DNA from: Flavobacteriales bacterium
GTDB lineage: Bacteria; Bacteroidota; Bacteroidia; Flavobacteriales_F; PHOS-HE28
Reading direction: 5' to 3'
Length of the DNA stretch: 64,000 nt
Assembly: GCA_046329115.1 (NCBI GenBank)
Contig: JAXLVG010000010.1
Span: 84,482 to 148,481 of the forward strand
Position 1 is the stretch's first letter. Every line of letters begins with the position of its first letter. The translations under genes and the position numbers were made by a program. Shown piece by piece: positions 38,381 through 48,236 of this stretch. The notes beneath the pieces are model-generated. The model worked only from the letters and a program-made list of their open reading frames with translations. It did not search any database and had not been told where the DNA came from.

Positions 38381-39388
38381 TCAGGCGACCGCCTGCCGCA
38401 TCCCCACCAACCCCTTCTTTACCAACAGTTCTGCTATCTGCACCGCATTGGTCGCAGCGCCTTTTCGGAGGTTGTCCGCCACGATCCACAGGTTGAGGGT
38501 GCGCGGCTGGGTCTCGTCGCGGCGGATGCGGCCCACGAACACCGCGTCGCGGTCGTGCGCGATCAGCGGCATGGGGTACTCGTCCTTCGCGGGGTCGTCC
38601 AGCACCACCACGCCCGGTGCTTCGCGCAGCAGGCGGCGGGCCTCCTCGATCTCGAATTCGCGCGTGCACTCGATGTTCACCGCCTCGCTGTGGCCGCCGG
38701 TCACGGGCACGCGCACGGCCGTGGCGGTAACGCGGATCGCGGGGTCCAGGATCTTCTTCGTCTCGTTCACCAGCTTCATCTCCTCCTTCGTGTACCCGTT
38801 CTCGATGAACACGTCGCAGCGCGGGATCACGTTGCGGTCGATCGGGAAGGGATAGGCCATGTCGCCGCTGATGCCCTTGCGCTCGTTCTCCAGCTGCTGC
38901 ACGGCCTTCATGCCGGTGCCGGTGACGGCCTGGTAGGTGCTTACGATCACGCGTTCAACGCCGAAGGCCTTGTGTAGCGGCGCCAGGGCCATAACCAGTT
39001 GGATGGTGCTGCAGTTCGGGTTGGCGATGATGCGGTCGTCAGCCATCAGGACCTCACCGTTCACCTCGGGCACCACGAGCTTCTTGTCGGGGAACATGCG
39101 CCAGGCACTGCTGTTGTCCACCACGGTGCAGCCCACCTCGGCGAAGCGGGGTGCCCACTCCAGCGAGGTGGTGCCACCAGCGGAGAACAGGGCGATATCG
39201 GGCCGGGCCGCGATGGCCGCTTCCATGCCGATCACGGAAACGTCCATGCCACGGAAGCGGACCACCTTGCCGGCGCTCCGATCGCTGGCCACGGCCAGCA
39301 GTTCATCCACAGGGAAGCGGCGCTCCTCGAGCACCTTGAGCATGACCCCACCGACCAGCCCGGTGGCACCGACGACAGCGACCTTCAT
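38381..39388 (-). CDS. asd: aspartate-semialdehyde dehydrogenase
   Basis: 335 aa. MKVAVVGATGLVGGVMLKVLEERRFP (NAD-binding) and the active-site Cys region (NPNCSTIQLVMALAPL). Confidence 0.92.
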   Translation of the reverse strand: MKVAVVGATGLVGGVMLKVLEERRFPVDELLAVASDRSAGKVVRFRGMDVSVIGMEAAIAARPDIALFSAGGTTSLEWAPRFAEVGCTVVDNSSAWRMFPDKKLVVPEVNGEVLMADDRIIANPNCSTIQLVMALAPLHKAFGVERVIVSTYQAVTGTGMKAVQQLENERKGISGDMAYPFPIDRNVIPRCDVFIENGYTKEEMKLVNETKKILDPAIRVTATAVRVPVTGGHSEAVNIECTREFEIEEARRLLREAPGVVVLDDPAKDEYPMPLIAHDRDAVFVGRIRRDETQPRTLNLWIVADNLRKGAATNAVQIAELLVKKGLVGMRQAVA

Positions 39389-39449
39389 GATGTCCGGTTA
39401 ACGTTCAACGATGGCCGAAAGTACTACCTTGCCTGCCACGCTGAAGTCC

Positions 39450-42041
39450 ATGATCCGCGCCACTTTCCGGGCATCCTTGGGTCCGCTCGCCGCACTGCTC
39501 GCCTTGGCGGCAACGGCCCAGGTGGCCGATGATTTCACCGACAACGACTTCACCAACGCGCCCACGTGGAGCGGCAACGATGCGCTCTTCACCTGTGTGG
39601 GCGGACAGCTGCGCAGCAACAGCCCCGGCGCAGCGAACTACCACCTGAGCACACCCAGTACACAAGCCACGCTGGCCCGGTGGGAGTTCTTCGTGAACCT
39701 GAAGTTCAGCACCAGCGGCGCCAACTACGCGGACGTATACCTGATGAGCAGCGCGGCCGACCTGGCCAGCGGGGTGAACGGCTACTTCGTGCGCATCGGC
39801 GGTACGGCCGACCGCGTGGAGCTGTTCCGCAGCGACGGAGGCTCGGCCAGCAGCCTTGTGGCCAGCGCGGACGGGATCGTGAACAGCAGCAGCGACAACC
39901 CCTTCCGGATCCGCGTGGAACGCGATGCGGCGGACCTCTGGACCCTGTGGACCGATGATGGCAACACGGGCATATGGACCGTTGCCGGCAGCGTGACCGA
40001 CGCCACCCATGGCAGCTGCACCCACTTCGGCATCCGCATCGAACAGAGCACCGCGGCCAGTGCGGTGAACAACCACTTCTTCGACGACGTGAGCGTGGGG
40101 CCGATCCCGGTGGACCTGACGCCGCCGACGGTGGTGAGCGTGACGGCCACCAGCGCCACCAACGTGGACGTGGTGTTCAGCGAGCCCCTGAACGGAGCGG
40201 CGCTCGGCAGCTTCGACATCATCCCGTTCATCGGTGTGAGCGCTTCCGTGCTGGATGGCACGGACCCCACGCTTGTGCATGTGACGCCGGCCATCGCGCT
40301 CACCAGTGGGAACACGTACAGCCTGCTGACCAGCGGTGCAGAGGATCCGGCCGGCAATGCTGCAGCGAGCGCCTCCACGGACTTCGCGTGGATCGTGCCG
40401 GCCGTAGCGGGCTTCCGCGATGTGGTGATCAATGAACTGATGCCCGACCCTTCCCCGGTCGTTGGTCTGCCGGATGCCGAGTTCGTGGAGCTGTACAACC
40501 CCGGCACCGAGGCCTATGCGCTTGCCGGCTGGACCTTCACCGACGGGAGCACCACGGCCACCCTGCCCAGCTTCCTGCTCGGCCCCGGGGCCTACTGCAT
40601 CATCGTGGATGACGCGGTGGCCGCGCTCTTCAGCGCGTTCCCGAACGTGGTGGTGGTCAGCAGCTTCCCCAGCATGAACAACGACGGCGACCCGCTGGAA
40701 CTGCGGAACGCGGGGGGCGTGCTGATCGACGCAGTGACCTACGACCTCACCTGGTACCAGGATGCGTTGAAGTCCCTGGGGGGCTGGTCCTTGGAACAGG
40801 TGGACCCCACCACGCCGTGCAGTGCGGCGGTGAACTGGCGCGCCAGCAATGCCGGCGCAGGTGGCACCCCGTCCGCGCAGAACAGTGTGTTCGCCATCGT
40901 TCCGGACAACACGGCGCCGGCGCTGATCTCCGTGCTGGTGAACAGCGCCACCTCGATCGAGCTCGTGTTCGACGAGGCGATGAACACCGCCAGCCTGGCC
41001 GCCGGTTCCTACGTGATCACCCCAACTGTGGGCGTGAACAACGCCATCGCGAACGGGACAACCAACGTGGTGCTCACGCTCGCCGCACCGCTCACCGTCG
41101 GTCAGCTTTACACCATCACGGTGGGCGGGGTTACCGATTGTCCCGGCAACGGCATCGGCGCGGCGAACGCGGCCACTTTCGCACTGCCGGAGCCTGTACT
41201 GCCGGGCGATGTGGTGATCAACGAAGTGCTGTACGACCCGCCCACCGGCGGGAGCGATCTGGTGGAACTGTACAACCGGAGCCAGAAGGTGCTGAGCCTG
41301 GCAGGCTGGAAACTGGCCAATGAAACGAATGGCGTCATCGACGATGTGTCCGTGATCACCAACAACGCGTTCCTGCTGATGCCCGGGGAATACGTACTGA
41401 TCACGGAGGACGCCGCCAACATCGCCCAGGCCTATCCCGGTTCGCGCACGGACCGGTTCGTTCAAGCGGACATGCCGGGCTACAACAATGGCGAAGGTGT
41501 GGTGGTGCTCCAGGATCCCCTGGGCGACACGCTGGACCGCTTCGCCTACAATGACGACCTGCACTTCGAACTGCTGAACAGCACCGAAGGCGTGAGCCTT
41601 GAGCGTGTGAGCCCGGACCGCCCCGCGGACGATCCCACCAACTGGCACAGCGCATCGGAACAGGTGGGCTATGCCACACCGGGCTATCGCAACTCACAAT
41701 ACACGCCCGACCCGATCGCCAGTGGTGCGCTGAACATCGATCCCCGCATCTTCTCGCCGGACAACGATGGCTTCCAGGACCTGATCACCATCGGCTACCG
41801 GTTCGACGCCCCGGGGTTCACGGGCACCCTGTCCATCTTCGACGTGGCCGGGCGCGAGGTGGTGAAGCTGCTGGACAACGAGCTGCTTGGCACTTCAGGG
41901 GCGGTGAGCTGGAACGGGATCATGAGCGGCGGAGAACTGGCCCGGATGGGCGCCTACGTGGTGGTGTTCGAGGCCTTCGACCTGAACGGGAACGTGGAGC
42001 GGTTCCGCGAGACCATCGCCCTGGCCCAAAAGCTGAACTGA
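39450..42041 (+). CDS. secreted protein with two lamin-tail domains (LTD) and Ig-like domains, T9SS type B (gliding-motility-associated) C-terminal domain
   Basis: ORF 39411..42041. Signal peptide from ATG 39450 (MIRATFRASLGPLAALLALAATAQ). Two LTD signatures (VVINELMPDPSP...EFVELYNPG and VVINEVLYDPPTGGSDLVELYNRS). C-terminus IFSPDNDGFQDLITIGYRF...TLSIFDVAGREVVKL matches the T9SS type B CTD. Confidence 0.75.
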   Translation: MIRATFRASLGPLAALLALAATAQVADDFTDNDFTNAPTWSGNDALFTCVGGQLRSNSPGAANYHLSTPSTQATLARWEFFVNLKFSTSGANYADVYLMSSAADLASGVNGYFVRIGGTADRVELFRSDGGSASSLVASADGIVNSSSDNPFRIRVERDAADLWTLWTDDGNTGIWTVAGSVTDATHGSCTHFGIRIEQSTAASAVNNHFFDDVSVGPIPVDLTPPTVVSVTATSATNVDVVFSEPLNGAALGSFDIIPFIGVSASVLDGTDPTLVHVTPAIALTSGNTYSLLTSGAEDPAGNAAASASTDFAWIVPAVAGFRDVVINELMPDPSPVVGLPDAEFVELYNPGTEAYALAGWTFTDGSTTATLPSFLLGPGAYCIIVDDAVAALFSAFPNVVVVSSFPSMNNDGDPLELRNAGGVLIDAVTYDLTWYQDALKSLGGWSLEQVDPTTPCSAAVNWRASNAGAGGTPSAQNSVFAIVPDNTAPALISVLVNSATSIELVFDEAMNTASLAAGSYVITPTVGVNNAIANGTTNVVLTLAAPLTVGQLYTITVGGVTDCPGNGIGAANAATFALPEPVLPGDVVINEVLYDPPTGGSDLVELYNRSQKVLSLAGWKLANETNGVIDDVSVITNNAFLLMPGEYVLITEDAANIAQAYPGSRTDRFVQADMPGYNNGEGVVVLQDPLGDTLDRFAYNDDLHFELLNSTEGVSLERVSPDRPADDPTNWHSASEQVGYATPGYRNSQYTPDPIASGALNIDPRIFSPDNDGFQDLITIGYRFDAPGFTGTLSIFDVAGREVVKLLDNELLGTSGAVSWNGIMSGGELARMGAYVVVFEAFDLNGNVERFRETIALAQKLN

Positions 42042-42098
42042 TCCGACCGGTCGGCTGTTGGAATTCCATGGGAACGAGCTGCTGCGCCGGGCCCGGCA

Positions 42099-43430
42099 AT
42101 GCACAACTTCGTCGCCGAAATGACCGAGCAACTTACCCGGAGCCAGGAGCTCATCGCCCGCCGCAAGGCCGCCATCCCGAACGGCGTGGGCATGTTCAAC
42201 CACGCCACGGCCGCGCAGGCCAGCGGTGCCACCATCATCGATGCGGACGGCCGCGAACTGATCGACTTCGCCGGGGGCATCGGCGTGGTGAACGCGGGGC
42301 ACTGCCCACCGCCGGTGGTGAAGGCCATCCAGGAGCAGGCCGCGAAGTTCCTGCATGTGAGCTTCAACGTGGCCAGCTACGAGCCGTACATCGCGCTCTG
42401 CGAGAAGCTGAACGCCCTGCTGCCCCACGGCGGCCCCACCAAGACCATGCTGGTGAACACCGGCGCCGAGGCGGTGGAGAACGCCATCAAGATCGCACGC
42501 CAGGCGACCAAGCGTCAGGGGGTGCTCTGCTTCACCGATGCCTTCCACGGCCGCACCATGATGGCCATGACGCTCACCAGCAAGGTGGGCTACAAACCCG
42601 ACTGCGGTCCGTTCGCACCCGAGGTGTACCGCACGCAATACCCCAACTTCTTCCGCTACGGCGCGGGGCGCAGCGAGGCCGAGTTCGCGAAGGCGGAGCT
42701 GCATCGCCTGGAGGAGCTCTCCCACAACCTCGTCGACCCGAAGAACCTCGCCTGCGTGATCATCGAGCTGGTGCAGGGCGAGGGCGGCTTCAACGTGGCG
42801 CCCAAGGCCTATGTGGAGGGCCTCCGGAAGTGGTGCGACCAGCATGGCATCCTGCTCATCTTCGACGAGGTGCAGGCGGGCTTCGGCCGCACCGGTGCCT
42901 GGAGCGCTTACGAGCACTTCGGCGTGATCCCCGACCTGAGCACCTGGGCCAAGAGCCTGGGCAGCGGCATGCCTATCGGCTGCGTGATGGGCAAGGCGGA
43001 GCTCATGGACAAGGCGGCGCCCAGCAGCATCGGCGGCACCTACATCGGCAACCCGGTGAGCTGCGCTGCGGCCCTGGCCACGCTGCAGTACATGGAGGAG
43101 ATCGACATCAACGCCAAGGGGCGCCATGTGGGCGAGGTGATCCGCAAGCGTTTCGAGAAGATGAAGGCGAAGCACGCCTGCATCGGCGATGTGCGCGGGC
43201 TCGGTGCCATGATGGCCATGGAGTTCAACGTGAACCGCGACCCTTTGCGGCCCGATGCGGACACCTGCACCAAGCTGATGAACGCCTGCGCCAAGCGTGA
43301 CCTGGTGGTGATCACCGCCGGCACCGACAAGAACGTGATCCGCGTGCTCAGCCCCCTCGTGATCAGCGACGAGCTCCTGAACAAGGGGCTGGACATCATG
43401 GAGGAGGAGCTGGAGAAGATCTGCGGGTGA
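42099..43430 (+). CDS. class III PLP-dependent aminotransferase (4-aminobutyrate/putrescine aminotransferase-like)
   Basis: 443 aa. DEVQAGFGRTG and PLP-lysine region (TWAKSLGSGMPIG). Alternative start at 42120. Confidence 0.85.
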   Translation: MHNFVAEMTEQLTRSQELIARRKAAIPNGVGMFNHATAAQASGATIIDADGRELIDFAGGIGVVNAGHCPPPVVKAIQEQAAKFLHVSFNVASYEPYIALCEKLNALLPHGGPTKTMLVNTGAEAVENAIKIARQATKRQGVLCFTDAFHGRTMMAMTLTSKVGYKPDCGPFAPEVYRTQYPNFFRYGAGRSEAEFAKAELHRLEELSHNLVDPKNLACVIIELVQGEGGFNVAPKAYVEGLRKWCDQHGILLIFDEVQAGFGRTGAWSAYEHFGVIPDLSTWAKSLGSGMPIGCVMGKAELMDKAAPSSIGGTYIGNPVSCAAALATLQYMEEIDINAKGRHVGEVIRKRFEKMKAKHACIGDVRGLGAMMAMEFNVNRDPLRPDADTCTKLMNACAKRDLVVITAGTDKNVIRVLSPLVISDELLNKGLDIMEEELEKICG

Positions 43431-43433
43431 GGA

Positions 43434-43546
43434 AACCACAGAGGCCACACAGAACACAGAGAGATCCACATCCCACCCGCACACGCCCAAAGCCTCACAC
43501 GCGTGCATCGCGCATTGCCTCTGTGACCTCTGTGGCCTCTGTGGTT
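43434..43546. repeat. palindromic intergenic repeat element, CACAGAG-heptamer family, copy 1
   Basis: Left arm aaccacagaggccacacagaacacagagag, right arm cctctgtgacctctgtggcctctgtggtt, ~55-bp spacer. Lies between the aminotransferase and C-N hydrolase genes. Confidence 0.8.
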
Positions 43547-43557
43547 GATCGATCGAC

Positions 43558-44532
43558 ATGAAACCCTTCTCCATCGCCGGCATCCAGATGCGCACCAGCG
43601 CCGCCTACCCCAACGTGGAGGCGATGAAGACCAAGCTGGACCTGCTCATGGCCATCTACCCGTGGGTGGACATGGTGATGTTCAGTGAGCTGTGCGCTTA
43701 CGGCCCGCACATCCAGCATGCCCAGCCGGTGCCCGGCGAGTTCGAACAGGAGATGTGCGCGATGGCCGCCAAACACGGGATCTGGCTGCTGCCCGGCAGC
43801 ATCTTCGAGAAGAGGGACGGCAAGGTGTACAACACCGCGAGCGTGATCGATCCCGAAGGCAGTGTGGTGACGCGCTACCGCAAGATGTTCCCCTTCTATC
43901 CGTACGAGGTGGGCGTCACCGGAGGCGATCAGTTCTGCGTGTTCGACGTGCCGGATGTGGGCCGCTTCGGCGTGAGCATCTGCTACGACATGTGGTTCCC
44001 CGAGACCACGCGCACCCTGGCCGTGATGGGCGCCGAGGTGATCCTGCATCCCACGCTCACCGGCACCATCGACCGCGACATCGAGCTGAGCATCGCGCGT
44101 ACCAGCGCCGCGGTGAACCAGTGCTACTTCTTCGACATCAACGGGCTCGACGCAGGCGGCAGCGGTCGCAGCATCGTGTGCGGTCCGGAGGGGCGGGTGA
44201 TCTACCAGGCCGACGTGAACGAGGAGTTCATCCCGATCGAGATCAACCTGGAGAAGGTGCGCCGCAGCCGCGAGCTGGGCGTGCTGCGTCTGGGCCAGCC
44301 GCTGAAGAGCTTCCGCGACCGGCCGGTGGATTTCGGCATCTACACCCCCGGCGTGAAGCACCCTGCGCTCGAGAGCCTGGGTCCGCTGATCAAGCCCGCG
44401 CGCGTGCAGGAACTGAGCGAGCTGGAAGTGAAGGACGAAACGCGCAGCCCGCACGAGCCGCCGAAGCATGACCTGTCCCGCCACAGCGGGATCATCACCT
44501 CGTTCCGACCGCCGAGCGAACAAACCGAGTGA
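43558..44532 (+). CDS. carbon-nitrogen hydrolase family protein (nitrilase/amidase superfamily)
   Basis: 324 aa. Catalytic E-K-C triad context (FSELCAYG, RYRKMFP, GVSICYDMWFPE). Confidence 0.85.
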   Translation: MKPFSIAGIQMRTSAAYPNVEAMKTKLDLLMAIYPWVDMVMFSELCAYGPHIQHAQPVPGEFEQEMCAMAAKHGIWLLPGSIFEKRDGKVYNTASVIDPEGSVVTRYRKMFPFYPYEVGVTGGDQFCVFDVPDVGRFGVSICYDMWFPETTRTLAVMGAEVILHPTLTGTIDRDIELSIARTSAAVNQCYFFDINGLDAGGSGRSIVCGPEGRVIYQADVNEEFIPIEINLEKVRRSRELGVLRLGQPLKSFRDRPVDFGIYTPGVKHPALESLGPLIKPARVQELSELEVKDETRSPHEPPKHDLSRHSGIITSFRPPSEQTE

Positions 44533-45017
44533 CCATGGGAAGCCTTGCCGGACAACGCCACATCAAGCTGAAGGACTTCGTCAGCTGGTTCGAGATCCCC
44601 GTGTACGACATCCGTCGTGCTGCGCGGTTCTATGGCACCCTCTACAACATGGAGATGGAGGTGAGCGTGAACGGGGAGTTCGCCATGGCCTACTTCCCCG
44701 CCGACAAGGGCATCGGGGGCGCGTTGATCTACGGTCCGGGCTGCGTGCCCAACGACACCGGCACGCTCGTGTACCTCAACGCAGGGAACGACCTGGACGG
44801 CATCCTGAGCCGCGTGGAGCTCGCGGGCGGCCGCGTGATCATGCCAAGGACCCTGATCAGCGAGGAGGCCGGCTGGTTCGCCCTTTTCATCGATTGCGAG
44901 GGCAACCGTGTCGCGTTGCACGAAGGCACGGCCACCAAGGCTCCGGCCAAGCCCGCCACCAAGCCTGCGGTGAAGAAGGCCCCCGCGAAAAAGGCGGCCC
45001 CGGGCAGGAAGCGCTGA
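44529..45017 (+). CDS. VOC (glyoxalase/bleomycin-resistance fold) family protein with a C-terminal Lys/Ala/Pro-rich tail
   Basis: GTG at 44529, ATG at 44535. VOC-like beta-alpha-beta-beta-beta core, followed by ATKAPAKPATKPAVKKAPAKKAAPGRKR. Confidence 0.65.
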   Translation: MTMGSLAGQRHIKLKDFVSWFEIPVYDIRRAARFYGTLYNMEMEVSVNGEFAMAYFPADKGIGGALIYGPGCVPNDTGTLVYLNAGNDLDGILSRVELAGGRVIMPRTLISEEAGWFALFIDCEGNRVALHEGTATKAPAKPATKPAVKKAPAKKAAPGRKR

Positions 45018-45029
45018 GGCCGCGAGCCC

Positions 45030-48000
45030 TCAGGCCGTGACCACGCGGGCCTCGACCTTCCTGCGCTTGCGCCCGAAGCGGAACCCCGACACCTTCTCCA
45101 TCAACCGGGTCATGATGTAGTACATCGCCGGCACGATGAAGAGGGTGAGGATGAGCGAGCTGGTGAGCCCGCCGATGATCACCCAGGCCATGCCGTTCTT
45201 CACCTCGGCGCCGTCGCCGCTGGCCAACGCGATGGGCAGCATGCCGAAGATCATCGCCACGGTGGTCATGAGGATCGGGCGCAAACGCTCGCGACCCGCC
45301 TCCACCAGGGACTCGATCAGCCCCATGCCCTCGCGCCGCAGGTGGTTGGCGAAGTCGACGATGAGGATGCCGTTCTTGCTAACCAGGCCCAGCAGCATGA
45401 TGAGGCCCACGATCGCGAAGATGCTCAGGGGCTGCATCGAGAGCGCCAGGGCGAGGAAGGCGCCCACCAGCGCCACCGGGATGGAGAAGAGCACCACGAA
45501 GGGATAGAGCGCGTTCTCGTACAGCGCCACCATGATCAGGTACACGAGCAGGATGCCGAGCACGAGCGCCAGGCCCAGGCTGCCGAAGGCCTCGCCCTGG
45601 TTCTTCGCGTCGCCGAGGTAATCGATGATGATGCCGGGAGGCAGCTGCTCCCGGGCCATGGCCTTCTGGATCTCGGCCACGATGGTGCCGCTGGGGCGGC
45701 CCACGGCCGCGCTGTTGATGGTGATGCTGTTCAGGCGGTCGGTGCGTTGCAGCACGCTGTTGCCGAGCGTCTCGTACACATCGGCGAGCTGATCCAGCCG
45801 CACCGTGGCACCGCGGGCGTTCGTCACCATCAGGCCACGCACGCTCTGCACGTCCTGGCGGTCGGCCTGGTCCAGCCGCACGTTGATCGGGTACTCCTCA
45901 CCGGCCTCCTTGAACTTGAAGCGGTCGTTGCCACGGAAGGCGGTCTGCACCGCGATGCCGATGTCGTTGCTGGTGAAGCCGAGCGTGCCCATGCGGTCCT
46001 GGTCCAGGCGCACCTTCACCTCGGGCTTCGGACTGCGGGTGCTGAACTGCACATAGTCCGTGCCGGGCGTGCCCTCGGTGATGCGTTTCACGATGCGGGC
46101 GGCCTTCCACAGGCTGTCCATCTCCACCCCCTTCACCGCGATCTGGATCGGGGTCTGCGCGCTGCCGGTGATGTTGGTCTGCGTCACCGTCACCTTGATG
46201 CCGGGGATGGCGCCCAGTTCATCGCGCAGGAGGGTGCCGAACTGCTCCGAGGTGATCCGGCGGTCGTGCTTCGGCACCAACTTCACGTTGATCTCCGAGA
46301 GGTTGGCGTTCGCGCTCCCCGCAGCACCGCGCTGTCCGCTCTGGGTGCCCACGTTGGTGAAGGCGTCGATCACCTCGGGATACTTGAGGATCACGCGTTC
46401 GGCGGCCAGCGTGAGGCGGTCGGTCTCCGCAAGCGAGGCTTGGGGCGCGGTCTCGAGCTGCACCAGGAACTCGCCACGGTCGCTGGGCGGAATGAAGGTT
46501 GCGCCGATGAAACCCGCGGGCACCAGCGCGATGGCGGCGATGAGGAGCGCGAGGATGGCGGACAATACATAGCGTTTGCGACGAAGTGCCTTGCCCAAGG
46601 CGCGGCCATACCAGTCCTGCAGGGCGGTCACCCCGCGTTCGAAGGTCAGGCTGAAGCGGCCCCAGAGGGTGCCGGTGGTGAGATGCTCGAGCCTGCCCCA
46701 GCGCGAGGCGAGCAGCGGCGTGAGGGTGAAGGCCACCACCAGGCTCATGAGGGTGCTGATCACCACCACCAGGGAGAACTCGCGCAGGATGTTGCCGATG
46801 AGACCGCCGGTGAGCGCCAGGGGCAGGAACACCACCACGTCCACCAAGGTGATGGCCATGGCGGTGAAGCCGATCTCGTTGCGTCCTTCCAGCGCCGCGC
46901 TCCAGCGGGTCTTGCCCATCTCCAGGTGACGGTAGATATTCTCCAGCACCACGATGCTGTCGTCCACCAGGATGCCGACCACCAGCGACAGCGCCATCAG
47001 GGTCATCAGGTTCAGCGAGAAGCCGAGGGCGTACATCAGGATGAACGTGGGGATCATGGCGCTGGGCAGGGCCACCAGCACGAAGAGCGAGCTGCGAACG
47101 CTGTGCAGGAAGAGCAGCATCACCAGGCCCACGATGAGCACCGCGAGCATCAGGTCGTCCATCACGGCGTTGGCGCTGGAGAGCGTGTACAGGCTCTGGT
47201 CGATGGCGATGCGGTAGTCGAAGCCGGTGTCGGCGAGCTGCGTCTTCAGCTCGGCCAGGCGCTTCTTCACCCCCTGGCTCACCTCCACCGCGTTGGCATC
47301 GCTCTGTTTCACGATCTGCATGCCGATGCCGGGCTGCCCGTTGATGCGGTTGAAGGTGGTGGCCTCGCTTAGGCCGTCCATGACGGAGGCGACGTCCTTG
47401 AGCTGGATGCGCGAGCCGTCCGCGCCCTCGCGCACCACGGTGTTGCGCAGGTCCTCCACGGTGCCGGCGCGGGCATCGAGGTTGATGGAGAGCCGGTCGG
47501 CGCGGGTCTCCACGTTGCCAGCGGGGAAGGTGGTGCTGTTGGCGCCCACGGCCTGCGCCACCTGGGCCGGGCTGATGCCGTAGGCCTTGAGCTTGTCGTT
47601 GTCCATCACCACCTGGATCTCGCGCTGCTGCGCACCGATCAGGGTCACGCTGCCCACACCGCCCACGTTGCTGATCATGGGGGCCACGCGGTCGTCCAGC
47701 AGCTGGTACAGGTCGGCGGGCGCGAGGTTGCTGCTGATGCTCAGGCGCAGGATGGGGATCTCGTCGGTGCTGAAGCGGCGCACCACGGGATCATCGGCAT
47801 CCTCCGGCAACAGGGCGCGCACCTGGTCGATGCGGCGCTCGGCATCGCGCTGGGCGTCGTTCACATCGGTGCCCTGCTTCAGCGTGATGGTGAGGGCGGA
47901 CACCCCCTCGGTGCTGGTGCTGGTGATCTGGTCCACCCCTTCGATCGCGCTCACCGCGTCCTCGATGGGCTTGGTGAGCGTGTTCTGGACCTCCTCGGGC

Positions 48001-48164
48001 GACGCACCGCGGTAGGTGGTCTGCACCATGATCACGTTGGCCTCGAACTTGGGCAGCAGGTTGTAGTTGAGCTGCTTGTAGCTGAGGAAGCCGAACAGGA
48101 TCAAGGTGACGAAGATCACCGTGATCAGCAGCGGGCGTTTGATCGCGACTTCGGTAATGGACAT
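45030..48164 (-). CDS. efflux RND transporter permease subunit (AcrB/CzcA-like)
   Basis: The track ORF 45030..48197 starts with TTG; the ATG is at 48164 (MSITEVAIKRPLLITVIFV). ~1044 aa with 12 TM helices and two large periplasmic loops. Confidence 0.9.
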   Translation of the reverse strand: MSITEVAIKRPLLITVIFVTLILFGFLSYKQLNYNLLPKFEANVIMVQTTYRGASPEEVQNTLTKPIEDAVSAIEGVDQITSTSTEGVSALTITLKQGTDVNDAQRDAERRIDQVRALLPEDADDPVVRRFSTDEIPILRLSISSNLAPADLYQLLDDRVAPMISNVGGVGSVTLIGAQQREIQVVMDNDKLKAYGISPAQVAQAVGANSTTFPAGNVETRADRLSINLDARAGTVEDLRNTVVREGADGSRIQLKDVASVMDGLSEATTFNRINGQPGIGMQIVKQSDANAVEVSQGVKKRLAELKTQLADTGFDYRIAIDQSLYTLSSANAVMDDLMLAVLIVGLVMLLFLHSVRSSLFVLVALPSAMIPTFILMYALGFSLNLMTLMALSLVVGILVDDSIVVLENIYRHLEMGKTRWSAALEGRNEIGFTAMAITLVDVVVFLPLALTGGLIGNILREFSLVVVISTLMSLVVAFTLTPLLASRWGRLEHLTTGTLWGRFSLTFERGVTALQDWYGRALGKALRRKRYVLSAILALLIAAIALVPAGFIGATFIPPSDRGEFLVQLETAPQASLAETDRLTLAAERVILKYPEVIDAFTNVGTQSGQRGAAGSANANLSEINVKLVPKHDRRITSEQFGTLLRDELGAIPGIKVTVTQTNITGSAQTPIQIAVKGVEMDSLWKAARIVKRITEGTPGTDYVQFSTRSPKPEVKVRLDQDRMGTLGFTSNDIGIAVQTAFRGNDRFKFKEAGEEYPINVRLDQADRQDVQSVRGLMVTNARGATVRLDQLADVYETLGNSVLQRTDRLNSITINSAAVGRPSGTIVAEIQKAMAREQLPPGIIIDYLGDAKNQGEAFGSLGLALVLGILLVYLIMVALYENALYPFVVLFSIPVALVGAFLALALSMQPLSIFAIVGLIMLLGLVSKNGILIVDFANHLRREGMGLIESLVEAGRERLRPILMTTVAMIFGMLPIALASGDGAEVKNGMAWVIIGGLTSSLILTLFIVPAMYYIMTRLMEKVSGFRFGRKRRKVEARVVTA

Positions 48165-48236
48165 GGTTCCTGTTCTGTTGAACCGCTCGGGGGTCAAAGG
48201 GCTCCGTAGCGGCCGTTCACCTGCGTTGATCGATGA

